This document shows positions 19,110 through 28,225 of a stretch of 64,000 bases of DNA, piece after piece. Below the pieces are notes generated by a model. The model was not told where the DNA came from, searched no databases, and worked only from the letters and a program-made list of their open reading frames with translations. The stretch is from a bacterium. Lineage in GTDB: Bacteria > Fidelibacterota > Fidelibacteria > Fidelibacterales > Fidelibacteraceae. A program made the translations under genes and the position numbers. Position 1 is the stretch's first letter; each line of letters begins with the position of its first letter. The stretch lies in NCBI GenBank assembly GCA_963676395.1, contig OY781066.1:416001-480000 (forward strand), written 5' to 3'.

Positions 19110-20270
19110 TCAACCGAAAATCACCTGCATCAAATAAGCAAATCCAATACCGGCATAATTACCAATGATCCACCCGGCAATACCAACCAACATACCCGTC
19201 ATGATCACTTTTTTATTTTTAAGAACCGAAGCTACAACAGGAACAAAAGGAGGAGAATATACCAAAGCCGTCATTGCGACAAGATGAGTATCGGCATCTA
19301 CCTTGGTCCATTTAGAAATTAGAGTATGTAGCACAAATGATAATATCAGTAAAACAGCTACATACAGAATAACTACGGGGGCCGTCCCCGCCAATTGAGC
19401 AATATCGGCCATAGATGATACGACTAAAGCGAAAACCAGCAAGAGATAATGTCCCAACTGAAAAGTCATACGAATATTTCTTACCTTAGGAATAAAGGAT
19501 GCCAGAATTCCAAGAGTTGTTATCAGTAAAATTGCGACAACCGATGAGATACCTTTGGGAACCAAAAATGAAGCTCCACCACCAATTGCAAAGATCAATA
19601 CAGCCAGAAAAAATGCTCCTATCAGTGGGAAAATATCTTTCTTGTTAAAACCTTTAAAATAAGGTTCAAAGCTTTCGTGATCAATGCTATTTTCTTGAAT
19701 AACAGCATCATCTGCTTTAAAAGGATTCAATATCTTCTTAAGCAAACGGGGAATCACAGAAAGGATAAGCAAAAACAATACACCACCCACAAAAACGTCA
19801 GCCGTATGTACCGAGATATAATTCGTTGATGAAATCTCTAAACCGGTTCCGATCGCAGCTAAGTTCGGTGTTCCACCTGTATAGCAGCCAATGAGCATAC
19901 CGGCCATTTTCCACGCTTCTTCACCTAAAACTGATTGAAAAACAGTATAAGCAAGAAAAGAGGCTACAACAACCGCCAATAAAGCACCACCAAAAGATTT
20001 TGCGGCCAAACCTGCTTGTTTGCCCCAACCTTTTAAATTCATGGAGAAAAAGATCAATGGTAAAGCTAAGGGAATAACAATAGTATTAAAGGTATCTTGT
20101 ACCTGAAAAATGTTATTGGGCAAAACGCCAATATTACCAATAATCAAACCGGTAACATAACAAAATACAATAGCACCTACAGAATCAAGAAATTTATTTT
20201 TTGAGCAAAGCCAAAGAATGAAAGCCGGACACGCCAAAAAGAATACCGACCAAAGAATGGTTGATAGCAT
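19110..20270 (-). CDS. DUF819 family multi-pass membrane protein
   Basis: About 11 hydrophobic segments; GCYTGGTPNLAAI, YSPPFVP, GWIIGNYAG motifs. Confidence 0.8.
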   Translation of the reverse strand: MLSTILWSVFFLACPAFILWLCSKNKFLDSVGAIVFCYVTGLIIGNIGVLPNNIFQVQDTFNTIVIPLALPLIFFSMNLKGWGKQAGLAAKSFGGALLAVVVASFLAYTVFQSVLGEEAWKMAGMLIGCYTGGTPNLAAIGTGLEISSTNYISVHTADVFVGGVLFLLILSVIPRLLKKILNPFKADDAVIQENSIDHESFEPYFKGFNKKDIFPLIGAFFLAVLIFAIGGGASFLVPKGISSVVAILLITTLGILASFIPKVRNIRMTFQLGHYLLLVFALVVSSMADIAQLAGTAPVVILYVAVLLILSFVLHTLISKWTKVDADTHLVAMTALVYSPPFVPVVASVLKNKKVIMTGMLVGIAGWIIGNYAGIGFAYLMQVIFG

Positions 20271-20472
20271 ATAATAACTCCTGTGTGTTTGTTATATCCC
20301 CAAGCGTGAAAATTAATGAAAATGTATTGTGAAGGAAAGTATTTTTTATAGAGCTTGTAATTCATTTTTTTACATTAGCTGAGCAATCCTATTGCTCAAG
20401 TAGGGATTTTACTTATTGAGTCAATACGTTTTTTTATTGACTCTATACTCAAATTTATTTGTAAATTCCCCC

Positions 20473-22029
20473 ATGCGCATCGCTCTCATCCAAACACCAA
20501 TTGAAGATTTTTATTCCACTCAACAGCGGACATATCCACTCGGACTCACTTATCTTGCCGCTTCGATAAAAGATCTGCCGGTAAATGTTAAAATCCTTGA
20601 CTTGCTTACAGGACATGGGCGCCAAAGTATTCCAATTCCGAAATCCTTTAAAGCTATTATGCCGCTTCTACCTTACGACCGCTCCCCTATTTCTGCATTT
20701 CATACTTACTATCACTGGGGTATGAGCTGGAAAAATATCAAACGCTACTTCACTGAGAACATTTTCGACCTTTATGCGATCTCGTCAAATTTCTATACTT
20801 ATTCGCAAGAAATACTCAAAACAGCTGAAATAATAAAAAAGATAAACCCCCAAGCTATCATTCTGGTAGGTGGTCAGAATGTAGGGCCTGAGCATGAACT
20901 TTTTACTTCTTCAAAATATATTGACCTATGTATCAAAGGTGAAGGAGAATTATCTTTCCGAAAGCTGCTAACTCAATTACTCAACAAGCAGAACATTTCA
21001 AGTATACCGGGTTTATGGTGTAATAAAACTAAAACATGGAATGCAATTTCTGTTAAAAGCGATTTCAATCATTACCCGGATTCGGAGCTATTGCCTACCG
21101 ATAAATATAAGATCGCCGGAAAAAAGGCTATGATGATTGCGACGTCCCGTGGTTGTCCCATGGGTTGCAGTTTTTGTTCTGTTGCTCATACCTTCGGTTC
21201 CCGAATGCGAATGCGTCCGATTAATCAAATAGTTCAGGAAATGCGACATGCCTACGATAGAGGTATACGAGCATTCGATATTGAGGATGATAATTTCACT
21301 TTCGTAAAAGATCACTGTATTAAACTCCTCAAAGCTATTTCAGATGAATTCAGTGGTAATATTTCTCTATATGCAATGAATGGTTTATCTGCTGAGCATT
21401 TGGACAATGAGGTCATCAGCCTATTAAAAAAATGTGGTATGAATCTCTTGAACTTATCAATTGCCACATCATCCAAAGAACAATTGAAACGTATCCACAG
21501 AAAAACAAGCATTGCACATTTTATAGAAATATCAAATATGGCGGCCTCACACGGACTAAAAGTTATGGGGCATTTTATTTCCGGAATGCCGGGACAAACC
21601 GCCAAAGAGATCATTGATACCATGTGTTTACTTTCAGAGTTACCTCTTATTCTAGGGATCTCACCTTTTTATTATATTCCAGGAATGCAAATGCAGGTCC
21701 CCAATATTCCACCTTCTTGTAAAGAAGCTCGACTCTCGCGGTTTTGGCCAGCTGATATGCTTCTCAGTGAAATAGATCTCATTACGCTATTCAGATTATC
21801 ACGGTGGATCAATTATGTAAAAAAACAATTGAGTGATCAACACATTAACTCTTTGGAATTTTCCATGCTGAGTTCTCAATTTCCAAATGATCCCTACATA
21901 ATCTCACTTATTGATCAGCTCAACATAATCGGACAAGATGCCAACAAAGAACATTTTACCCATCAAACATCCCCAAAAATCATTAATCTCTTCCTAAAGC
22001 GCTTTAAAGGATCCCTAATTCGGATATAA
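20473..22029 (+). CDS. B12-binding domain radical SAM protein
   Basis: YPLGLTYLAA and LVGG..GEGE B12-binding pattern; TSRGCPMGCSFC CxxxCxxC; EDDNF; start moved to ATG 20473. Confidence 0.85.
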   Translation: MRIALIQTPIEDFYSTQQRTYPLGLTYLAASIKDLPVNVKILDLLTGHGRQSIPIPKSFKAIMPLLPYDRSPISAFHTYYHWGMSWKNIKRYFTENIFDLYAISSNFYTYSQEILKTAEIIKKINPQAIILVGGQNVGPEHELFTSSKYIDLCIKGEGELSFRKLLTQLLNKQNISSIPGLWCNKTKTWNAISVKSDFNHYPDSELLPTDKYKIAGKKAMMIATSRGCPMGCSFCSVAHTFGSRMRMRPINQIVQEMRHAYDRGIRAFDIEDDNFTFVKDHCIKLLKAISDEFSGNISLYAMNGLSAEHLDNEVISLLKKCGMNLLNLSIATSSKEQLKRIHRKTSIAHFIEISNMAASHGLKVMGHFISGMPGQTAKEIIDTMCLLSELPLILGISPFYYIPGMQMQVPNIPPSCKEARLSRFWPADMLLSEIDLITLFRLSRWINYVKKQLSDQHINSLEFSMLSSQFPNDPYIISLIDQLNIIGQDANKEHFTHQTSPKIINLFLKRFKGSLIRI

Positions 22030-22136
22030 ACTAGGTTTGTTTTTTAATTTGCCAAAACCCACATCTTGTTTAAATTTACTAAAACAGAACATTTACATGA
22101 AAAATATTATTAAGGGTCATTTCAATAGGAGTTCTG

Positions 22137-22748
22137 ATGTTTTTTCACTTACATACCAACAAGGCTAAAGCTCAAGTACCGAAAAATACAATAGTTTTAC
22201 CTGCAGCGGTTAAGACCGGCGGTATGCCGTTAATGGAAACTTTGGATATTAGACAAAGTACTCGTTCTTTTTCAAAGAAAAAACTAAGTGAACAAGATCT
22301 ATCGAATATTCTTTGGACAGCTTGGGGTTACAATCGAAATGAACAAAAGAAAAGAACAGCTCCCTCTTCCATGAACAAGCAAGAGATCTCTGTTTATTGT
22401 GCACTCGAAGAAGGACTATATCTTTACAATGCAAAAGCTCATCATCTTGAGTTAATACTGGATCAAGACGTCCGCTCACATACCGGGAAGCAACCCTTTA
22501 TTGCCTCTGCTCCCTTAAACTTAATCTATGTTGCCGATTCAAAAAAACAAAGTTCTCTTAATACCAGTCATACCAACGTCGGCTTTATTTCACAAAATGT
22601 ATCTCTTTACTGCGCTTCAGAAAATTTGGCAACCGTTGTCCGTGCCTGGTATAATGAAACAAAACTACACAAAATAATTAAGCTACAAAAACATCAGAAT
22701 ATCATTCTCTGTCAAACTGTGGGATACCCAAAAAGGAGTACAGAGTAA
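22137..22748 (+). CDS. Nitroreductase-like (SagB/ThcOx family) FMN oxidoreductase
   Basis: GGMPLM..RQSTRSF, LSNILW, RTAPS, QNVSLYC, QTVGYP. Confidence 0.85.
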   Translation: MFFHLHTNKAKAQVPKNTIVLPAAVKTGGMPLMETLDIRQSTRSFSKKKLSEQDLSNILWTAWGYNRNEQKKRTAPSSMNKQEISVYCALEEGLYLYNAKAHHLELILDQDVRSHTGKQPFIASAPLNLIYVADSKKQSSLNTSHTNVGFISQNVSLYCASENLATVVRAWYNETKLHKIIKLQKHQNIILCQTVGYPKRSTE

Positions 22749-22877
22749 AGAATATGAAAATTTTCGACAAAAATAACATAAATAATTCAGACCTTCTTAT
22801 CCGATTTTACTTTACTATTAACATTAATTTAGCTTAAATTTGAAGTTAGTCAATAGTACACCCAAAAAAGAAAGGAA

Positions 22878-23531
22878 ATGTACATGGACGGAGCAAGTTG
22901 GAACTACTCGGATAAGGTTAAAGAGCACTTCTTTCACCCTAAAAATATCCTTGAAATAGATGAAAAAGAGTATAATGCAGACGGTGTAGGTTATGTTGGT
23001 TCACCGGCCTGTGGTGATATGATGAAGATTTTCATCAAAGTTAAAGACGACAGAATAGCAGATCTCAAGTGGCAGACTTTCGGTTGCGCATCAGCTATCG
23101 GCTCAACATCAATGTTGTCCGAAATGGTCATGCGTGACGGTGGCATGCCTTTGGATGATGCCTGGAAGCTGACCCCTGAAATGATCATCAATGAGCTTGG
23201 TGGACTACCTGCGAACAAGATCCATTGTTCAGTTCTCGGTGATAAAGCACTGCGGGAAGCCATCAAAGATCATTTCAAACGCACAGGGCAAGAAGATCGC
23301 ATTCCTCACGACGACAAATCACGCGTGATCTGTGAGTGTTTGAATGTCACCGAAGATGATATTCGCATGGAAGTTCTTGAAGGTGTCAAAGATTTCAAAA
23401 CCCTTCAGGAACGCACCAAACTTGGCACCATGTGCGGGAAATGTGTTGACACAGCAAAAACTCTGGTTGATTTCTACGTCGGCCGTTATTATACCGAAGA
23501 CATCTATACCGGTAAAGAAGAAAAAAAATAG
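22878..23531 (+). CDS. nifU: Fe-S scaffold, NifU/IscU N-terminal domain fused to a BFD-like [2Fe-2S] domain
   Basis: YSDKVKEHF, GSPACGD, TFGCASAI, KIHCS; then ICEC..CGKC. Confidence 0.88.
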   Translation: MYMDGASWNYSDKVKEHFFHPKNILEIDEKEYNADGVGYVGSPACGDMMKIFIKVKDDRIADLKWQTFGCASAIGSTSMLSEMVMRDGGMPLDDAWKLTPEMIINELGGLPANKIHCSVLGDKALREAIKDHFKRTGQEDRIPHDDKSRVICECLNVTEDDIRMEVLEGVKDFKTLQERTKLGTMCGKCVDTAKTLVDFYVGRYYTEDIYTGKEEKK

Positions 23532-23540
23532 GAGGCAAGC

Positions 23541-24698
23541 ATGATCTATCTAGATAATTCTGCCACCACTCCCCTGCACCCTAAAGTCAAAGAAGCGATA
23601 ATAAGTGCACTTGATCTTTTTGGAAATCCTTCCTCAATGCACACCGTTGGCCGACAAGTCCGCGCTCTTCTGGAACAAAGCCGAAAAGAGATCGCTGATT
23701 TTTTAAATTGTTCTCCTGACGAAATAATTTTTACAGCCGGTGCGTCTGAGGCAAACAATACAGTATTAAAAAGCGCAACAAATTGCTGCGCATTCTGCGA
23801 AGATAATCGTGGACATATCATCACTTCAAACATCGAACATCCTTCGGTCTTAAGCACTCTTGATTGTTTAGCTAAAAAACATGTAGACATCACACATATC
23901 AAAGTTAAAGAAAATGGAATCATTGACCCTAAAGATGTCGAAGCCGCAATTCGTCCAGACACCATGATGATATCGATCATGTATGTTAATAATGAGATCG
24001 GCACGATCCAACCCATTAAAGACATTGCAGAGATCGCGAATAAACATAATATCCCTATGCATACCGATGCTGTTCAAGCGGTAGGTAAAATCCCTATCGA
24101 TTTACAGGAACTGAAAGTAGATTTCTTATCAATGTCCGGCCATAAGATCTATGCCCCTAAAGGTATTGGGATTTTATACAAAAGAAAAACGGCCAAGAAT
24201 ATCTGCCCCCTCATTGTTGGTGGTCATCAAGAGAATTCAATGCGTGCCGGTACCGAAAACACTTTGGGCATTATCGCTCTTGGTGAAGCGATCAAGCAAG
24301 CTGGTCTTGAGATGAATGACAATAAAAAACGTATTGGAGCTCTCAGAGATAAGCTAGAGAAGGGCATTATAGATCAACTTGATGATGTTAGGATCAATGG
24401 AGATGTTGAAAAGCGCGCATACAATATTACAAATCTTTCATTTACAACCATTGAAGGCGAATCAATATTGTTACGACTGGACATGCATGGTATTTCCGTT
24501 TCAACGGGATCGGCCTGTTCATCCGGATCACTCGAACCTAGTTACGTTGTAACATCCTTGAACGTTGAACCTGAAATTGCTCATTCATCAATCAGATTTT
24601 CTCTCGGCCGTGAAACAACCGAAGAAGATATCGATAAAACCATTGAAGCTGTTGTGGAAACGGTAACATTCCTAAGAAAGATCAGTCCAATAAAATAA
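23541..24698 (+). CDS. nifS: Cysteine desulfurase
   Basis: IYLDNSATT, GNPSSMH, HTDAVQ, SGHKIYAPKG, STGSACSS. Confidence 0.93.
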   Translation: MIYLDNSATTPLHPKVKEAIISALDLFGNPSSMHTVGRQVRALLEQSRKEIADFLNCSPDEIIFTAGASEANNTVLKSATNCCAFCEDNRGHIITSNIEHPSVLSTLDCLAKKHVDITHIKVKENGIIDPKDVEAAIRPDTMMISIMYVNNEIGTIQPIKDIAEIANKHNIPMHTDAVQAVGKIPIDLQELKVDFLSMSGHKIYAPKGIGILYKRKTAKNICPLIVGGHQENSMRAGTENTLGIIALGEAIKQAGLEMNDNKKRIGALRDKLEKGIIDQLDDVRINGDVEKRAYNITNLSFTTIEGESILLRLDMHGISVSTGSACSSGSLEPSYVVTSLNVEPEIAHSSIRFSLGRETTEEDIDKTIEAVVETVTFLRKISPIK

Positions 24699-24711
24699 AC
24701 GGGAGCAATTC

Positions 24712-25335
24712 ATGTTAAATGTTCAGTTGATCGACCACCCTCTTGTAAAGCATTCATTATCCATTCTCCGAGATAAAAAAACAGATACAGAAACCTTTCG
24801 TCGTCATACGGCTATCGTCTCTCAGATTATCATTATGGAAGCCAGCAGGACATGTAAACTGAGCAGCATTGAGGTTCAAACACCCATTTGCAAAACTAAG
24901 GGACATGAAATCTATCGTTCCATGATCTTTGTCCCTGTGCTACGTGCCGGTATATCCATGTTGGTTCCAGCCAGGGATTTCTTACCCTGGACACCTGTTG
25001 GTTTTATTGGACTTGAGCGTGACGAAGAGACAGCGATTGCTCGAGAGTACTACCAAAAATTCCCGGCTAATATTGATAAACAATTGGCACTGATCCTTGA
25101 CCCAATGCTCGCATCAGGTGGTTCTGTATCGGATACAATAACCAGGCTTAAAGAAAAAGGAGCCAAAAAGATCGCTATCGCTTGTATCGTTGCCGCTCCA
25201 GAAGGTATTAAACGCATCAACAAAGAACACCCCGATGTTTATATCTACACATCAGCCATCGATGATTATTTGAACAATAAAAAATATATCGTTCCCGGCT
25301 TAGGGGACTTTGGAGACAGGTATTTCGGCACCTAA
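24712..25335 (+). CDS. upp: Uracil phosphoribosyltransferase
   Basis: VPVLRAG, LDPMLASGGS, YIVPGLGDFGDRYFGT. Confidence 0.96.
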   Translation: MLNVQLIDHPLVKHSLSILRDKKTDTETFRRHTAIVSQIIIMEASRTCKLSSIEVQTPICKTKGHEIYRSMIFVPVLRAGISMLVPARDFLPWTPVGFIGLERDEETAIAREYYQKFPANIDKQLALILDPMLASGGSVSDTITRLKEKGAKKIAIACIVAAPEGIKRINKEHPDVYIYTSAIDDYLNNKKYIVPGLGDFGDRYFGT

Positions 25336-25354
25336 ACTTTCCTTACACAAAATC

Positions 25355-25386
25355 AAAAGCCTTGGGTTTCAGCCCAAGGCTTTTTT
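25355..25386. terminator. Bidirectional intrinsic terminator
   Basis: AAAAGCCTTGGG-TTTCAG-CCCAAGGCTTTTTT between convergent genes. Confidence 0.85.
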
Positions 25387-25433
25387 CCAGGTGTCAGATT
25401 TTTCAAAGGTTAAACCCAGGATTATTAAATAAA

Positions 25434-27281
25434 TTAAGATTCCCGTTTACGATTCGACAACAAGATCACATCACGTAGTTCTTCGATATTTCTTGCCTTC
25501 ATCCAACGCTCACTGAAATCACTTTCTTGAACAAGATTAGCAATTGCCATAAGTGCACGTAGATGATAGGAACGCTCATCAAGGGTTCCAACAAGTACGA
25601 ACATTGTATGTACCGGTTCATTAACATTCGGAAATTTTATACCTTCTATGCAGCGTACAGGTATTATATGGAAACATTTTTCACCCGGTATCACGATATG
25701 TGGTATGGCAAGTCCGGGCTTTAATACCGTACTAGATTGTTCTTCTCTATCTTTAAAACCTTTGATCAGTAAACTTTTATCGACCTTACATTGTTTTTCA
25801 AATTTCTCTGAGATATCTTCAAGAAGCTCTTCAATCTCAATTTCTTCCATGACATCAACAATATCGCATTGTTTGATCAATTTATCAAAACGATCCTCCA
25901 CGATCTCATCACGAGTAATTACGATCTGCCGCAATTCATTTTCAAGTGTACTACTTTCCAATTCTTTAGCAGAAATACGTTTAATGATATGCATCAATGC
26001 TGATGTTCTTTTGATTCGTTTTCTTGCATAAATAAAATAAATTAAAATACCAAGACTCAAAAAAGTACTTGAAATCAAAATTGGTATTATTCCCATATTG
26101 AACAATAAATACAAATATGATAAAATTGCAAAAATCGGCATAAAGGGATACAAGGGTACTTTAAATTTTGGACGATAATTCTGAATACGACTTTCACGCA
26201 TAACGATCACTGAAACATTATTCATCATAAACAAAATGATCATAAGAGATGACGCTGTTTTAACCAAATTTTCGATATTAAGAAAAACAATTACAATTAT
26301 CATAAAGGCACAAGTAAACAATATTGAGATGATAGGTGTGTTCGTTTTCTTATTAATTTTAGACATAAATTCGGGAAGTAATTGATCCCGACTCATTGCC
26401 ATAGGAGTCCTAGAAGCCGACATAATACCCGCATTGGCAGTAGTAATAAAAGCTGTCATAGCCGCTATACTTAAAATGATCATTCCCGGTTTCCCCATTA
26501 AATGACCTGCTCCAATAGATAAAGGTATAGTAGAGTTGCGCAGTTCTTCTGCTGGTACAATACCTATTGTAACACCAACTACAAGTAAATATAAAAGAGT
26601 TACAACAGAGAAGGATAGTAACATACCAAGAGGAATGTTTCTGCCTGAATTATCAACTTCTTCAGCAATACTGGCAACTTTTGTCAGTCCTCCAAAAGAA
26701 ACAAATACTAATCCTGCCGTAGCTATAATCGATGAAAAATCACCCGGCATAAAGGGTCTGTAATAATCAGGATGTGTGGAAATAAATCCTCGACCTACAT
26801 ATAAGATTAATATGGTCAATAAAATAAATACCAGAATGATCTGAATTTTTCCGGCCATTTTAACACTTAGAATATTTGTTACAGCAAAAAGCAAACATAC
26901 AAAGACTGCAATAGTTTTGATTTGAACGATAGAGATATCTGGGAAAATCAATACAGCAAACGCTCCCATTCCAATTAAAGCAAAGGCCGACTTAAAACTC
27001 AATGAAAACCAATTGGCAAAACCACCAAATATTCCAAGCCAGGGGCCCATAGCCCTATCAATAAAAAAGTATACACCCCCCGCTTTGGGCATTGCTGTAG
27101 CTAATTCGGATTTTGCAAGCATAGATGGTATAATAAGAATGGCAGCCAATAAATATGCCAAAATCATCGCAGGACCTGATTTTGCGTAGGCAAATCCGGG
27201 TAATACAAAGATCCCCGAAGAAATCATAGCGCCTGCTGAAATGGAAAACACATCTAAAAGGTTTAATTGTCGTTTTTTCAT
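25434..27281 (-). CDS. APC-family amino acid permease fused to a PTS EIIA (Fru/Ntr-type) domain
   Basis: GAMISSGIFVLPG, ELATAMPKAGG, ~12 TM segments; C-terminal REEQSST..GLAIPH..HLRAL. Confidence 0.88.
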   Translation of the reverse strand: MKKRQLNLLDVFSISAGAMISSGIFVLPGFAYAKSGPAMILAYLLAAILIIPSMLAKSELATAMPKAGGVYFFIDRAMGPWLGIFGGFANWFSLSFKSAFALIGMGAFAVLIFPDISIVQIKTIAVFVCLLFAVTNILSVKMAGKIQIILVFILLTILILYVGRGFISTHPDYYRPFMPGDFSSIIATAGLVFVSFGGLTKVASIAEEVDNSGRNIPLGMLLSFSVVTLLYLLVVGVTIGIVPAEELRNSTIPLSIGAGHLMGKPGMIILSIAAMTAFITTANAGIMSASRTPMAMSRDQLLPEFMSKINKKTNTPIISILFTCAFMIIVIVFLNIENLVKTASSLMIILFMMNNVSVIVMRESRIQNYRPKFKVPLYPFMPIFAILSYLYLLFNMGIIPILISSTFLSLGILIYFIYARKRIKRTSALMHIIKRISAKELESSTLENELRQIVITRDEIVEDRFDKLIKQCDIVDVMEEIEIEELLEDISEKFEKQCKVDKSLLIKGFKDREEQSSTVLKPGLAIPHIVIPGEKCFHIIPVRCIEGIKFPNVNEPVHTMFVLVGTLDERSYHLRALMAIANLVQESDFSERWMKARNIEELRDVILLSNRKRES

Positions 27282-27340
27282 TATACACCCAATGTTAACC
27301 CAATGGCCAGATCACATATATCTGTTATAAGCTATATTTG

Positions 27341-27781
27341 TTATTTTTTCTTAGAAAATTTATTTTCGAGCTCATCAATAGATGCTTGAACTTCATTCAA
27401 TTGACGAGATACATTATTTAAACGAAATTCAATTGAATTAAGTATCCAAAATTGAAAGTGATCTACTTTTGCTTGGCGATTAATCATCCAGATAATTTTT
27501 ATAGAAACAAGTAAAACACCGATCTCAATAGAAAACAAAGGTGGTAAAGGGATACCCTCCCAATGCAAGAAATGTCGTGCCAGATCAAATGCAAGCAACA
27601 AAACAATAAGTACTATAAATACCCAATTAACGATTTTATCTCGTTCAACATCGGATGACGAGCCAATCTGTCCCATTAATTGTTTAATTCGTTCGCGTTC
27701 ATCCTGATAAGCTTTCAGTTGCGTTTTAAGTTCCTCAATGTTCGGGGCTTTATCATTCATCTGTTTTATCCTTGTTTTCAA
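27341..27781 (-). CDS. Hypothetical two-TM membrane protein with coiled-coil ends
   Basis: 146 aa ORF, two hydrophobic segments, HFQFWILNSIEFRLN motif; start uncertain (27781 or 27760). Confidence 0.7.
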   Translation of the reverse strand: MKTRIKQMNDKAPNIEELKTQLKAYQDERERIKQLMGQIGSSSDVERDKIVNWVFIVLIVLLLAFDLARHFLHWEGIPLPPLFSIEIGVLLVSIKIIWMINRQAKVDHFQFWILNSIEFRLNNVSRQLNEVQASIDELENKFSKKK

Positions 27782-27853
27782 TTAAAGTTAAGGAAAAATC
27801 AGGGTAAGTGGAAATATAATTTTAACCGAATGTATAAGATTTGCCATTATATG

Positions 27854-27888
27854 AAAAAAAGTACCAACACGATATATCGCGTCGGTAC
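27854..27888 (-). terminator. Intrinsic terminator built on a REP-like palindrome
   Basis: Minus strand GTACCGACGCGATATATCGTGTTGGTAC followed by T7. Confidence 0.7.
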
Positions 27889-27910
27889 AATTTTATTTTT
27901 TTATATCTTC

Positions 27911-28216
27911 TTATTTCGCTATTGGAATTTGATTTTTGGCTTTTGGTTCAGCCTTCTCTTTCTTCTCAAGAAAATGGTTTCGAATATACAAACCGACATC
28001 TATACCAACCATTAATAGGTTGAGTGCATATAAATAAACCACAAGATCAAAATGGAAATATATTTTATGGAGTATACCTGCGACATATCCAACCTCAACA
28101 ATGAGCATAAATAATAAACTTTTGCCTCTCGTTGAACGTGATTTCCATGACCTTACAATAGAAAACGGCCATGCTGCTCCAAAACAAATGAGCATAATGA
28201 TTTCAAAATGACTCAT
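27911..28216 (-). CDS. Small PQ-loop/SemiSWEET-like membrane protein
   Basis: FEIIMLICFGAAWPFSI..S.KSRSTRGKS, three TM segments. Confidence 0.7.
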   Translation of the reverse strand: MSHFEIIMLICFGAAWPFSIVRSWKSRSTRGKSLLFMLIVEVGYVAGILHKIYFHFDLVVYLYALNLLMVGIDVGLYIRNHFLEKKEKAEPKAKNQIPIAK

Positions 28217-28225
28217 AATATTCCT

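Noticed and set aside
20473..22748. RiPP biosynthetic cluster (radical SAM plus SagB-like)
   Set aside because: No precursor peptide, YcaO cyclodehydratase, protease or exporter found nearby.
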